64,000 nucleotides of DNA from Alphaproteobacteria bacterium (GTDB taxonomy: Bacteria > Pseudomonadota > Alphaproteobacteria > MPNO01): the NCBI GenBank assembly GCA_964291675.2, contig OZ219866.1, positions 1,280,001 through 1,344,000 on the forward strand. The letters run 5' to 3'. Of this stretch, positions 19,127 through 28,947 are shown in pieces. The notes under the pieces are model-generated. The model was not told the origin of the DNA. It searched no databases and saw only the letters and a list, made by a program, of their open reading frames with translations. The translations under genes and the position numbers were made by a program. Numbering within the stretch: position 1 is the first letter of the stretch; each line of letters starts with the position of its first letter.

Positions 19127-20338
19127 ATGGCAACGCTCGCGATCGACGATATCGGCGACCGGCCGGCGATCCGCTTGGCGCCCGGACGCCACAAGCGGCT
19201 GCGCGCGGGCCATCCCTGGGCCTATTCCAACGAGGTCGCGATGTCCCGCGAGGCCAGGGCGTTGCCGCCGGGCGCGATCGTCCGCCTGGAAGACAGCGCC
19301 GGCGGGGCGCTGGGCGCGGCGATGTTCAACCCGCGGCCGCTGATCAGCGCCCGGATTCTGTCGCGCGACCCGGATGCTGCGATCGACCGGGACTTCCTCG
19401 CCGCCCGCCTCTCCCGGGCGCTGGCGCTCCGCGAACGGCTCTACGACACCCCCTATTACCGGCTCGCCTGGTCGGAGGCGGACGGGCTGCCCGGCCTGGT
19501 GCTGGACCGCTACGGCCACGCGGCGGCCGCGCAGATCAACACCGCCGGCATGGACCGCCTCGCCGGGGTGCTGACCGAGGCGATATTCGAAGCGATCGGG
19601 CTGCGCTCCATCGTCTGGCGCAACGACACCGCGGCGCGCGGCCTCGAAGGCCTGGAGTCGGGCACGGCGCAGGCGGGTGCACCCATCGACTCCCCGGTCG
19701 AGATCGCGGAGAACGGGGTGCGGTTCCTGGTCGATCTGGGCCAGGGCCAGAAGACCGGCTGGTTCTACGACCACCGCGAGAACCGCGCCCGGGTGGCGGC
19801 GCTGGCGCGCGGCGCGGACGTGCTGGATGCGTACAGCTATCTCGGCGGCTTCGGGCTGCAGGCCGCAGCAGCCGGCGCCCGCTCGGTGCTCTGTCTGGAC
19901 CGGTCGGAGCCGGCGCTCGCGCTCGGCGCCGCGGCGGCGCGGCTGAACGGACTCGCCGGCTCCTGCGCGTTTCAGCGCGGCGAGGTGTTCGCCACGCTGG
20001 AGGCGTTCGCCCGGGACGGGCGAAGCTTCGACGTCGCGGTCTGCGACCCGCCCGCCTTCGTCAAATCGAAGAAGGACCTGGCGGCGGGGCTCAAGGGCTA
20101 CCGCAAGCTGATCCGCCTCGCCGCGGGCTGCGTGCGCCCGGGCGGGTTCCTGTTCGCGGCGTCCTGCTCGCACCATGTCGACGCCAGCCAGTTCGCCGAG
20201 GCGGTGCGCGGCGCGCTGCGCGGGCTCGGGCGTACAGGGCGGGTGCTGCATCGCGGCGGCGCCGGCCCGGACCACCCGGTCCACCCCTTCCTGCCCGAGA
20301 GCGCCTATCTGAAATCGGCGCTCCTGCAACTCGACTGA
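19127..20338 (+). CDS. rlmI: Class I SAM-dependent rRNA methyltransferase (RlmI-like)
   Basis: PUA domain GHPWAYSNE, EADGLPGLVLDRY, GQKTGWFYDHRENR, DPPAF, SCSHH, DHPVHP...YLK. Confidence 0.88.
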   Translation: MATLAIDDIGDRPAIRLAPGRHKRLRAGHPWAYSNEVAMSREARALPPGAIVRLEDSAGGALGAAMFNPRPLISARILSRDPDAAIDRDFLAARLSRALALRERLYDTPYYRLAWSEADGLPGLVLDRYGHAAAAQINTAGMDRLAGVLTEAIFEAIGLRSIVWRNDTAARGLEGLESGTAQAGAPIDSPVEIAENGVRFLVDLGQGQKTGWFYDHRENRARVAALARGADVLDAYSYLGGFGLQAAAAGARSVLCLDRSEPALALGAAAARLNGLAGSCAFQRGEVFATLEAFARDGRSFDVAVCDPPAFVKSKKDLAAGLKGYRKLIRLAAGCVRPGGFLFAASCSHHVDASQFAEAVRGALRGLGRTGRVLHRGGAGPDHPVHPFLPESAYLKSALLQLD

Positions 20339-20351
20339 CACGGAGGAAACC

Positions 20352-20975
20352 ATGCTCAGGATTCTCGGCCGCGCCACCTCGTCCAACGTCCAGAAAGTGG
20401 TCTGGCTGTGCGAGGAGGTGGGCCTTGCCTACGAGCGCGAGGATATCGGCGGGCCGTTCGGCGGCAACGACCGGCCGGACTACCTCGCCCTCAACCCCAA
20501 CGGCAGGGTGCCGACGCTGATCGACGGCGATTTCGTGATCTGGGAATCGAACGCCTGCGTCCAGTACCTCGCCTCCGGCCACGCCGCTGGAAGCTGGTAC
20601 CCGGACGACCTGCAGGCGCGCGCCCGCGCCGTGCAGTGGATGGACTGGTCGCTGGGCACGCTGGCGCCGACCCATGTGCCGGCCTTCCAGGGGCTGATCC
20701 GCACGCCGCCCGAGCAGCGCGACCCCGACGCCATCGCGCGCAGCCGCGACGCCTGGTCGAAGCTGATGGCGATGCTGGATGCCCATCTCGCCGACCGGGC
20801 CTATATCGCGGGCGAGACGATCACCATGGGCGACATGCCGCCGGCGGTGATCGCCTTCCGCTGGTTCAACCTCGACTTCGAGCGCGAGGACTATCCCAAC
20901 GCCAAGCGCTGGTTCGACACCGTCGCGGCGCGCCCCGCCTTCGCCCGGCACGTGGTCGATATCGGCCTCGCCTGA
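20352..20975 (+). CDS. Glutathione S-transferase (GstB/YliJ-like), copy 1
   Basis: GRATSSNVQKV, GGPFGG, LNPNGRVPTL, WESN. Confidence 0.93.
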   Translation: MLRILGRATSSNVQKVVWLCEEVGLAYEREDIGGPFGGNDRPDYLALNPNGRVPTLIDGDFVIWESNACVQYLASGHAAGSWYPDDLQARARAVQWMDWSLGTLAPTHVPAFQGLIRTPPEQRDPDAIARSRDAWSKLMAMLDAHLADRAYIAGETITMGDMPPAVIAFRWFNLDFEREDYPNAKRWFDTVAARPAFARHVVDIGLA

Positions 20976-21595
20976 TGCTCAGGATCCTCGGACGCGACAC
21001 CTCGTCCAACGTGCAGAAGGTGCTGTGGGCGGCGGGCGAGCTCGGGCTCGATTTCGAGCGCGAGGATATCGGCGGGAGGTTCGGCGGCAACGACACGCCG
21101 GACTATCTCGCGCTCAACCCGAACGGCTACGTGCCGACCCTGATCGACGGCGACTACACGCTGTGGGAGTCGAACTCGATCGTCCGCTACCTCGCCGCCA
21201 GCCATGGGGCGGGGACGCTGTGGCCCGCCGATGCGCGCATCAGGGGCAGCGCCGAACGCTGGATGGACTGGCAGATCGCGACGCTGAGCCCGACCATGGT
21301 GACCGTGTTCCGCGGCCTGGTAAGGACCCCGCCCGAAGAGCGCGACATGGCGGTGATCGCCGCCGCGCGCGACCGCACCGCCCGGCTGTTCGCCATGCTC
21401 GATGCCGCGCTCGCGGGATCGGACTTCGTCGCGGGACGGGACTTCACCATGGGCGACATCCCCGTCGGCATCGCGGCCTGGCGCTGGTACCACCTCGACA
21501 TCGAGCGCGAGGACTTCCGCAACCTGCAACGCTGGTACCGCCGGCTCGCGGAACGCCCGGCCTACCGGGAGCACATCATGAAGCCGCTCGCCTGA
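20975..21595 (+). CDS. Glutathione S-transferase (GstB/YliJ-like), copy 2
   Basis: GRDTSSNVQKV, LNPNGYVPTL, WESNSIVRYL; TGATG overlap with copy 1. Confidence 0.93.
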   Translation: MLRILGRDTSSNVQKVLWAAGELGLDFEREDIGGRFGGNDTPDYLALNPNGYVPTLIDGDYTLWESNSIVRYLAASHGAGTLWPADARIRGSAERWMDWQIATLSPTMVTVFRGLVRTPPEERDMAVIAAARDRTARLFAMLDAALAGSDFVAGRDFTMGDIPVGIAAWRWYHLDIEREDFRNLQRWYRRLAERPAYREHIMKPLA

Positions 21596-21609
21596 GCGCG
21601 ACCCCGCCC

Positions 21610-22479
21610 GTGACGGGCTATCCGCCGGCCGTCCGGGGCGCCGTCTACATGACGCTGGCGGCGCTCTGCTGGACGGCGATGATGATTTTGGTCCGCGCGC
21701 TGGGCGGGGGATACTCGGTCTTCGAGATCCTGTTCGTCCGCAACCTGGTCACGGTGGCGGTCATCGTCCCGCTGTTGCTGGGAAGCCCGGGCGCGGCGTT
21801 CCGCACGCGCCGGCCGGGGCTTCACTGCACCCGCGTCGGCTTCGCCTATATCGGCATTTTGGGGCTGTTCTACGGCCTCATCCACATCCCGGTCGCCGAC
21901 GTGGTGGCGTTGAGCTTCACCCAGCCGCTGTTCATCGCCCTGCTCGCCGCCATCCTGCTGGGCGAGGCGGTGGGTATGCCGCGCTGGCGGGCGGTCGCGA
22001 TCGGCTTCGCCGGCGTGCTGGCGATCCTGCGCCCCGGCTTCGCCGAGATCGGCTTGGCCACGCTGGCCGTGCTGGCCTCGGCGGCCGCCTACGGGGCGTC
22101 CAATATCTGCATCAAGAAGCTGATGACCACCGACACCCCGGCCCAGAGCACGCTGTACGGCAACCTCCTGATGCTGCCGCTCTCCGCCCTGCCGGCCGCC
22201 TTCGTCTGGGTCACGCCGGGATGGTGGGACGCGCTGGCGATGATCGGCGTCGGGCTCGGCGGGATGGGCGGGATCTACTTTGTCTCGCGCGCCTATGCGG
22301 CGGCCGATGCGAGCGCGGTCGTGCCCTATGACTTCCTGCGCCTGCCGCTCGCGGCCGGCGCCGCCTGGCTGCTGTTCGGCGAGACCAGCGACGTCTGGAT
22401 GCTGGCGGGCGCGGCGATCATCTTCGCAAGCTCCTACGCGCTGGTCAGGATCGAGGCGCGGGAGGCGAGGGCGGGGTAG
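21610..22479 (+). CDS. DMT/EamA family transporter
   Basis: About ten hydrophobic segments, LSFTQPLF, LLGEAVG, AVVPYDFLRLP, LFGE; start approximate. Confidence 0.88.
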   Translation: MTGYPPAVRGAVYMTLAALCWTAMMILVRALGGGYSVFEILFVRNLVTVAVIVPLLLGSPGAAFRTRRPGLHCTRVGFAYIGILGLFYGLIHIPVADVVALSFTQPLFIALLAAILLGEAVGMPRWRAVAIGFAGVLAILRPGFAEIGLATLAVLASAAAYGASNICIKKLMTTDTPAQSTLYGNLLMLPLSALPAAFVWVTPGWWDALAMIGVGLGGMGGIYFVSRAYAAADASAVVPYDFLRLPLAAGAAWLLFGETSDVWMLAGAAIIFASSYALVRIEAREARAG

Positions 22480-22482
22480 GTT

Positions 22483-23127
22483 CTACCGTGCCGGCAACTG
22501 GCCGCGGAGCTCGTTCAGCGTCTCGGCGAAACGGGCAAGATCGGAGGCGTCCACCGGCATGTTCAAGGACCCGTGGATGAAACGATTTCGATTGTCGGCG
22601 AGCGAGCGGAGGAGATCCGCTTCGTCCGGCGTTATGTTCCCTTCGAAGGCGAGGACCTCGATGAGGCGGCCCGGCGTCTGGGCGCGTTCGAACTTCCCCG
22701 GCAGCAGCTTGCGTCCCAGCGCCTCCAGTGTCGCCCAGGCTCTGAGCAGGGCAAGCTGCTCTTGCCCGTTCCCGCTCAATTTTTCGACTTCGCGGATCGA
22801 GGCATCGATGCTCTCGACCGGCACCGGTTCGACCGGTTCCGCCCTTCCTTTGGGTCGGGCGTAGTAGACCCGCAAGTCCCAGGCGGAGTCCCGCTCGAAG
22901 CGGCGCCGCAGTTCCTCGGACGCCGACTTGCCCTTCATACCTTCCAGGGTCACCTCGATCGCCAGATTCCTGGGCGTTCCGAGCGCGATGGCGTCCGGGC
23001 GGTACTCGCCCACGAAGGGAGGAAGATGCTCGGCCAGCGACTCCGTATGAACCTCGTAATCCTCCGCCTCCAGATCGCGGAGGATCCCGACCAGGAGCAG
23101 CCGGGCCTCGCTGTGGGAACGGATCAT
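22483..23127 (-). CDS. Hypothetical protein: N-terminal restriction-endonuclease-like fold plus C-terminal HEPN-like domain
   Basis: YRPDAIA...NLAIEV motif; helical C-terminus with RNRFIH (Rx4H); GAGGAG RBS upstream; codon usage looks less GC-biased than neighbours. Confidence 0.6.
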   Translation of the reverse strand: MIRSHSEARLLLVGILRDLEAEDYEVHTESLAEHLPPFVGEYRPDAIALGTPRNLAIEVTLEGMKGKSASEELRRRFERDSAWDLRVYYARPKGRAEPVEPVPVESIDASIREVEKLSGNGQEQLALLRAWATLEALGRKLLPGKFERAQTPGRLIEVLAFEGNITPDEADLLRSLADNRNRFIHGSLNMPVDASDLARFAETLNELRGQLPAR

Positions 23128-23160
23128 GTCAGCTCCTCGAACGGGTCGTCGGATACCGCC

Positions 23161-24384
23161 CTACACGATCCCGGCTTCGGCGAGGCGGCTGCGCTCGGCC
23201 TCGTCGATGCCGAGCAGGCCGCCGAGGATCTCCGCGTTGTGCTCGCCGAGCGCGGGGCCGGTCCTGAGCACGGCGCCCGGCGTGTCGGAGAGCCTGGGCG
23301 CGACGTTCTGCATGCGCATCGGACCGAGCACGGGGTCGGCGATGCGCACGATCGCCTCGCGCGCCCTGAAATGGGCATCGGCCAGCATCTCCGGCGCGCG
23401 GTAGATGTCGCCGTTGGGGATGCCGTGCGCGTTCAGCCGCCCGATCAGCGCCGGCGCGTCCAGCGTGGCGGTCCAGGCGGCGATGCGCGCATCCAGCTCG
23501 GCCTGGTTGTTGCCGCGCGCGATGTGGGTGGCGTAGCGCTCGTCCGCCGCGAGCCCGGGCTCGTCCATCGCCTCGGTGAGGCGGGCGAACACGCTGTCCT
23601 GGTTGGCGCCGATCAGCACCATCTTGCCGTCCTTGGTCGGATAGACGTTGGACGGCGCGATCATCGGCAGGATCGAGCCGGTGCGCTCGCGCACATAGCC
23701 GCCGATATCGTATTCGGTGACCAGGCATTCCATCACCGCGAGCACCGCCTCGTAGATCGCGCTGTCGACCACCTGGCCGCGCCCGGTGCGCCGGCGGCTG
23801 TGGATCGCCATCACCGCGCCCAGCGCGGCGAAGGTGGCGGCCAGCGTATCGCCGATCGATATTCCGGTGCGGCTCGGCGGGGTCGCGGGGTCGCCCACCA
23901 CGTAGCGCAGCCCGCCCATCGCCTCGCCGATCGCGCCATACCCGGCGCGCTGCGCGTAGGGCCCGGTCTGGCCATAGCCCGAGACGCGGACCATGACGAT
24001 GCCCGGGTTGAGCTCCGCGAGCCTGTCATAGCCGAGATTCCAGCGCTCCATCGTGCCGGGGCGGAAGTTCTCGACGACGATGTCGGATTGCGCGGCGAGG
24101 CGCCGGACGATCGCCTGGCCCTCGGGCTCGCGCGCGTTCACCGTCACCGACTTCTTGTTGCGCGCCAGCACCGGGAACCAGAGCTTCTTGCCGTGCGGCT
24201 TCTCCGCCCCCCATTCGCGCATCGGATCGCCCTTGCCGGGCTGTTCGAGCTTGATCACCTCGGCGCCGAAATCGGCGAGCAGCTGGCCGCAGAACGGCCC
24301 GGCGATGAGCTGGCCCATCTCCAGCACGCGCAAGTCGTTGAGCGGCCCCTGTCGGTCTGCGGGATCGATCGGCATGGTCACCAT
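23161..24384 (-). CDS. CaiB/BaiF family III CoA-transferase
   Basis: GPLNDLRVLE, AGPFCGQLLADFGAEVIKLE, RNKKSV, VENFRPG, SGYGQTGP, PALGEH. Confidence 0.95.
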   Translation of the reverse strand: MVTMPIDPADRQGPLNDLRVLEMGQLIAGPFCGQLLADFGAEVIKLEQPGKGDPMREWGAEKPHGKKLWFPVLARNKKSVTVNAREPEGQAIVRRLAAQSDIVVENFRPGTMERWNLGYDRLAELNPGIVMVRVSGYGQTGPYAQRAGYGAIGEAMGGLRYVVGDPATPPSRTGISIGDTLAATFAALGAVMAIHSRRRTGRGQVVDSAIYEAVLAVMECLVTEYDIGGYVRERTGSILPMIAPSNVYPTKDGKMVLIGANQDSVFARLTEAMDEPGLAADERYATHIARGNNQAELDARIAAWTATLDAPALIGRLNAHGIPNGDIYRAPEMLADAHFRAREAIVRIADPVLGPMRMQNVAPRLSDTPGAVLRTGPALGEHNAEILGGLLGIDEAERSRLAEAGIV

Positions 24385-24442
24385 TCCTGAACGGGGTCGG
24401 GAATCCTGGTTGCGCCCCGGCGCGGGTGTCAACGGCGCCCGG

Positions 24443-25111
24443 TCAGGCAGCGTTCCCCAGGCGGGAGACGAGAAACCGCCGGCCGATCTCGATCCCCGTC
24501 TCGTCGATGCCGTGGCCGAGCCCGGGCCTGACATGGGCGGCGACGTCGAAACCGTTCTCCGCGAGCGCCGCCTCCGCGTGGTGCAGGATGTGGAGCGGCA
24601 GCAGCTCGTCCGAATCGCCATGCACCAGGACCACCGGCGGGCGCGAGACCGTCTCCGCGGCCAGCAGATCCGCCCCTTCGAGCCGCCCGGAATAGCCGAG
24701 CACGCCGGCGCATTGCTCCGCTCGCCTGGGTGCCACGAACAGCGACATCATCGTCCCCTGGCTGAACCCGAGCAGCGCGAGCCGGTCCTCGGCGATGCCG
24801 AGGGCGGCGATGCGCTCGTCGATGAAGCCGTCCAGGATCGCCGCGGCGCGGCGGATCTCCGCGAGACGGGAGACCGGGTCCTCGTTCCAGACGTTGAACC
24901 ACTGGCGGCCGAACGGCGCCATCTCGCAGCGGTAGGGGGCGTGCGGCGAGACGAAGGCGGTGTCGGGCAGGGCCTGCGCGAAATGCGGCGCGAGACCGAT
25001 CAAATCGTTGCCGTCCGCGCCATAGCCGTGCGCCAGCACGATCAGCGAATCCGGCGTTCCGCCCGATGCCGGCCCCGCCTCCGGCCCTTCCAGCGCGATG
25101 AGATCGGCCAT
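24443..25111 (-). CDS. Phospholipase/carboxylesterase
   Basis: HGYGADGNDL, GFSQG nucleophile motif, HGDSD, GHGI. Confidence 0.92.
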   Translation of the reverse strand: MADLIALEGPEAGPASGGTPDSLIVLAHGYGADGNDLIGLAPHFAQALPDTAFVSPHAPYRCEMAPFGRQWFNVWNEDPVSRLAEIRRAAAILDGFIDERIAALGIAEDRLALLGFSQGTMMSLFVAPRRAEQCAGVLGYSGRLEGADLLAAETVSRPPVVLVHGDSDELLPLHILHHAEAALAENGFDVAAHVRPGLGHGIDETGIEIGRRFLVSRLGNAA

Positions 25112-25248
25112 TCCGCCCCCGTCCCCCCAGTGTCGCCGGGTGTCTACAGCCGCGAGAGGGCCGTTTCAAGCGATACCGCGCCGAGCTCGGATCGGTTAGG
25201 GTCGCTTCCACCGTCCAGAGCGCAGCGACTCAGACGGAAACCCTTGGC

Positions 25249-25893
25249 TTGACCGATCCGGCCGATCCATCCTCGCCGCGTCGACGGGGCCTGCCGCGCC
25301 GAAAGGGCGCCCCGGTTTCGCGCTCGAAGGCGATCCGGCTCGGGTTGATTTGCCTCATCCTGAGCCCGGTCGGCGTATGGGCGATCTACAAGCCCGCCCG
25401 GGTGCTCGCACCGGAATGGGCGGGCGTCTCCTGCGTGAGCGAGCTGATCTGCACCGACGATACGTCCCGTACCGAGGAAGCCGCCGCCCTGTACGACGAG
25501 GCGTATGGCTTTGTCGCCTCCTCGGTCGGAACCATCGAAGCCAGGCCTCGGGTGATCTTCTGCGCCTCGCGGGCGTGCTTCCGGTCCTTCGGGTTCGACA
25601 AGGCGGCCGCCCACACCGTCGGGGTCTCCGGCATCGTGCTGGCCCCGCGCGGCTGGCGGGACTACATCCTGCGCCACGAGATGATCCACCATCTTCAGGC
25701 CGAGCGGCTGGGCGTCATCCGCCAGTGGCGCATGCCCGTCTGGTTCTCCGAGGGCATGGCCTACGCGCTCGGCGGAGACCCGCGGCCCGAGCTCGGCGAG
25801 CCCTGGCAGGGACACCGCGAGCGGTTCAAGCGCTGGTACCGGTCGGTCGGCAGGGAGAATCTGTGGGCGGAGGCGCGCAAGCTCTGGCCGTGA
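25249..25893 (+). CDS. Hypothetical membrane-anchored zincin-like protein
   Basis: N-terminal hydrophobic segment; HEMIH (HExxH) followed by PVWFSEGMA (gluzincin pattern); start uncertain. Confidence 0.6.
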   Translation: MTDPADPSSPRRRGLPRRKGAPVSRSKAIRLGLICLILSPVGVWAIYKPARVLAPEWAGVSCVSELICTDDTSRTEEAAALYDEAYGFVASSVGTIEARPRVIFCASRACFRSFGFDKAAAHTVGVSGIVLAPRGWRDYILRHEMIHHLQAERLGVIRQWRMPVWFSEGMAYALGGDPRPELGEPWQGHRERFKRWYRSVGRENLWAEARKLWP

Positions 25894-25898
25894 ACGGT

Positions 25899-26540
25899 CT
25901 ACGCCGCCGCCCGCCCCCGCCGCTTCGTGTTGAGGTAGTGGTGCCAGAGGATGCGCGCGGCAACCGACCGCCAGGGCCGCCACGCCTCGCCGATGGCCTG
26001 CATCGCCTTCTCGTCGGGGCGGGCATCGAGCTCCTTGATCGCCCGCGCCGCCTCCTGCAGGGCGAGGTCGCGGGCGGGCCATATGTCCGGCCGCTGGAGT
26101 GCGGTCAGCAGGTAGATATCGACCGTCCAGTCGCCGATGCCCTTGATCGGGATCAGGGCGGCGCGCACCGCCTCGTCCGCCGCGCGGCCGAGCTTGTGGA
26201 AATCGATCTCCCCGGAGGCCGCCGCCGCGGCCAGACCATGGACGTAGCGGGCCTTCTGGCGCGACAGCCCGGCCTCCCTCATCCGTTCCTCGCCGAGCGC
26301 GAGGATCGCGCCGGGCTCGATCGTGCCGGCGCGCTCTTCGAGCCTGGCGAAGGTCGCCTCGGCGGAGGCGAGCGAGACCTGCTGTTCGAGGATCAGCAGC
26401 ACCAGGGTGGCGAAGCCCTGCTTCCGCTTCCAGCGCGGCGGGGCGCCGTAGTCTGCCACCACCCGGCCGAGCGCCGGATCGCGCGCGGCGAGCTCGGCGA
26501 TCGCCGCCGCGTAGGATGCGCGGGTGAGGGCCATACCCAT
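25899..26540 (-). CDS. alkA: DNA-3-methyladenine glycosylase II family (HhH-GPD)
   Basis: ILEQQVSLASA, GLSRQKARY, HhH IKGIGDWT, PDIWPARD, WRPWRSVAA. Confidence 0.9.
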   Translation of the reverse strand: MGMALTRASYAAAIAELAARDPALGRVVADYGAPPRWKRKQGFATLVLLILEQQVSLASAEATFARLEERAGTIEPGAILALGEERMREAGLSRQKARYVHGLAAAAASGEIDFHKLGRAADEAVRAALIPIKGIGDWTVDIYLLTALQRPDIWPARDLALQEAARAIKELDARPDEKAMQAIGEAWRPWRSVAARILWHHYLNTKRRGRAAA

Positions 26541-26571
26541 CTCCGGCGCTCTATGGCATAGAACCGCGGCC

Positions 26572-27411
26572 ATGGCAAAACGCGGCGCCGTCACCCGTTT
26601 CGCGCCGAGCCCGACCGGGCTCCTGCATCTCGGGCACGCCCATTCGGCGCTCTTTGCCCACGCGCTGGCCGGAGAAGGCGGCCGGTTCCTGCTCCGCATC
26701 GAGGACATCGACCGCGGCCGCTGCCGGCCCGAATTCGAGGCGGCGATCCACCAGGACCTCGCCTGGCTGGGCTTGCGCTGGGACGCCCGCGTCCGGCGCC
26801 AGTCGGAGCACATGGCGGATTACGCCCGCGCGCTCGATGCCCTCGACGGGATGGGGCTGGTCTACCCGTGTTTCTGCACTCGCGCGGAAATCAGGGCGGA
26901 GATCGCGCGCTCGGGCGCCGCGCCGCACGGGCCGGACGGGGCGCTCTATCCCGGCACCTGCCGCGGGCTCGCCGACGCTGCGGCGCGCGCAGCCGCCGGG
27001 GAGAGCCATGCGCTCCGCCTCGACATGAGCCGCGCCGTGGCGCGCGCCGGCCCGCTCGCCTGGCACGACCGCGAGACCGGCCGGGTCGCGGCGCGGCCCG
27101 AAATCTTCGGCGACGCGGTGCTGGCCCGCAAGGACACGCCCACCAGCTACCACCTCGCGGTCACGGTCGACGACGCCATCCAGGGGGTGAGCCTGGTGAC
27201 CCGCGGCGCCGATCTGTTCCAGGCGACCCATGTGCACCGCCTGCTACAGGCGCTGCTCGGTCTCGGCGTGCCGGAATACCGCCACCACCGCCTGCTCGCC
27301 GACGAGCGTGGACGGCGCCTCGCCAAGCGCCACGACAGCCTGGCGATCCGGCACTTGCGCGAACGCGGCCACACGGCCGACGAGGTCCGCGCGATGGCCG
27401 GATTCGGCTAG
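26572..27411 (+). CDS. gluQ: Glutamyl-Q tRNA(Asp) synthetase
   Basis: RFAPSPTGLLHLGH, RIEDID, YPCFCTR, SYHLAVTVDD, RLAKR; lacks the anticodon-binding domain. Confidence 0.95.
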   Translation: MAKRGAVTRFAPSPTGLLHLGHAHSALFAHALAGEGGRFLLRIEDIDRGRCRPEFEAAIHQDLAWLGLRWDARVRRQSEHMADYARALDALDGMGLVYPCFCTRAEIRAEIARSGAAPHGPDGALYPGTCRGLADAAARAAAGESHALRLDMSRAVARAGPLAWHDRETGRVAARPEIFGDAVLARKDTPTSYHLAVTVDDAIQGVSLVTRGADLFQATHVHRLLQALLGLGVPEYRHHRLLADERGRRLAKRHDSLAIRHLRERGHTADEVRAMAGFG

Positions 27412-28865
27412 GTGGGCAGCCCCCCGCGCTCGATCAGTTGGCGCAGGGCGCGCCGGTCCGCCTTGCCGGTGCGCCCGGTCGGCAGGGCATCGCCGACATG
27501 GACGGCGTCGGGGCGCTTATAGCCGTCGATGCGGCCCTCGGCCCAGGCGCGGAGCTCGCGCGCGGTCGGCGCGGCGCCCGGAAGCGGGACGATCAGCAGG
27601 TGGATCGCTTCGCCGAGCCGCGCGTCAGCGACGCCGGTCGCCAGCGCGTTGCCGACATCGGGGTGCTCCAGATAGAGCCGTTCCACCTCGAGCGGCGAAA
27701 TCTTGTGGCCGCCGCGGACGATCAGCTCCTTCGCCCGGCCGATCAGCTCGACGAGCCCGTCGGCGCGTTCCCGCGCCAGGTCGCCGGTGAGGAAATAGCC
27801 GTCCGCGTCATAGCTCGCCGCGGTCAGCTCGGGCTCATCGAGGTAGCCGAGCATGTGGTAGGGCGAGCGCAGCGCGAGCTCGCCGTCCGCCGCGATGCGG
27901 TACTCGATGCCCTGGCCGGGCCGGCCGATGCTGCCGGCGGCCGCGTCGTAGTCGTCGGGCCGGACGTAGAAATCGCCGGTCCCGCACTCGGTCATGCCGT
28001 ACACGTCCCAGAGCCGCACGCCCGGAAAGGCGCGGCGCAGCCGGCGTGCCAGAACGGCGGGCAACACCTCGCCGCCCGACATCATGTGTCCGGCCCAGGG
28101 ATGAAGCGCCGCGCCCCGCTCCGCCAGCATCGCGCGCAGCATCGTCGGCACGAACGGCGCCCGGTCGATGCCGCCATCGGCGAGATCGCCCAGCAGACCG
28201 GCCGCGTCGAAGCGCTGGCGCAGATGGACGGTGCCGCCGTGGCGCAGGGTGATCTGCGCCACCCATTGGGCGAAGGCGAAGTTGAGCTGCAGCGGCACCA
28301 GGCTCCGCGTGCCGTCTTCGAAGCCGAGCTCGCCGTCGATCCGGTCGAGCTTGGCGGAAAACCGCCGGTGTCCGACCACCATGGCCTTGGGCTCGCCGGT
28401 GGTGCCGGAAGAGAACAGGATGAAGCCCGCACCTTCCAGCAGCGGCCGTGCGGGCGGCGGCTCCGGGCCGAGCAGCCGGACCGTGGCCGGGGCTTGCAGG
28501 GAGGCCGGCGCGGCAAGCTCCGGGTTGGCGTTGACGACGATGCGCGCGCCGATCTTGCGCAGCGCGCCCGCGGCCGAAATCTCCACCGAATTTCGATGAA
28601 CCGGCGCCGCGACGCCGCCCGCGAGCCAGACCGCGAGAAGGGCGATCACGTCGCGCGCCCGGTTGGAGGTCGCGACGGCCGCCGGCTCGTTGGGCGCGAG
28701 GCCCGCCGCCCGCAGCTCCCCGGCCAGCGTTTCGGCCCCGGCCCGCAGATCGGCATAGGCGAACACCTCGGCCCCGTCATCGAGCGCGGGCCGGTCCGGA
28801 TAGGCGCGGCAGGCCTCCAGGAGTCGGGCCGCCAGCGCGCCCGGAACCGCATGCTCCTTCGCCAC
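27408..28865 (-). CDS. Class I adenylate-forming enzyme (acyl-CoA ligase family)
   Basis: FSSGTTGEPK, YGMTE, TGDLA, GRAKELIVRGG, TGKADR; start approximate. Confidence 0.9.
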   Translation of the reverse strand: MAKEHAVPGALAARLLEACRAYPDRPALDDGAEVFAYADLRAGAETLAGELRAAGLAPNEPAAVATSNRARDVIALLAVWLAGGVAAPVHRNSVEISAAGALRKIGARIVVNANPELAAPASLQAPATVRLLGPEPPPARPLLEGAGFILFSSGTTGEPKAMVVGHRRFSAKLDRIDGELGFEDGTRSLVPLQLNFAFAQWVAQITLRHGGTVHLRQRFDAAGLLGDLADGGIDRAPFVPTMLRAMLAERGAALHPWAGHMMSGGEVLPAVLARRLRRAFPGVRLWDVYGMTECGTGDFYVRPDDYDAAAGSIGRPGQGIEYRIAADGELALRSPYHMLGYLDEPELTAASYDADGYFLTGDLARERADGLVELIGRAKELIVRGGHKISPLEVERLYLEHPDVGNALATGVADARLGEAIHLLIVPLPGAAPTARELRAWAEGRIDGYKRPDAVHVGDALPTGRTGKADRRALRQLIERGGLPT

Positions 28866-28947
28866 TGCTATAGTCTCCGTCGAAGCGGCGACACCGGCGC
28901 GGGAGCTTCCCACCCGACCGCCGGACGCGCAAGCGAGGGGCGAGACC

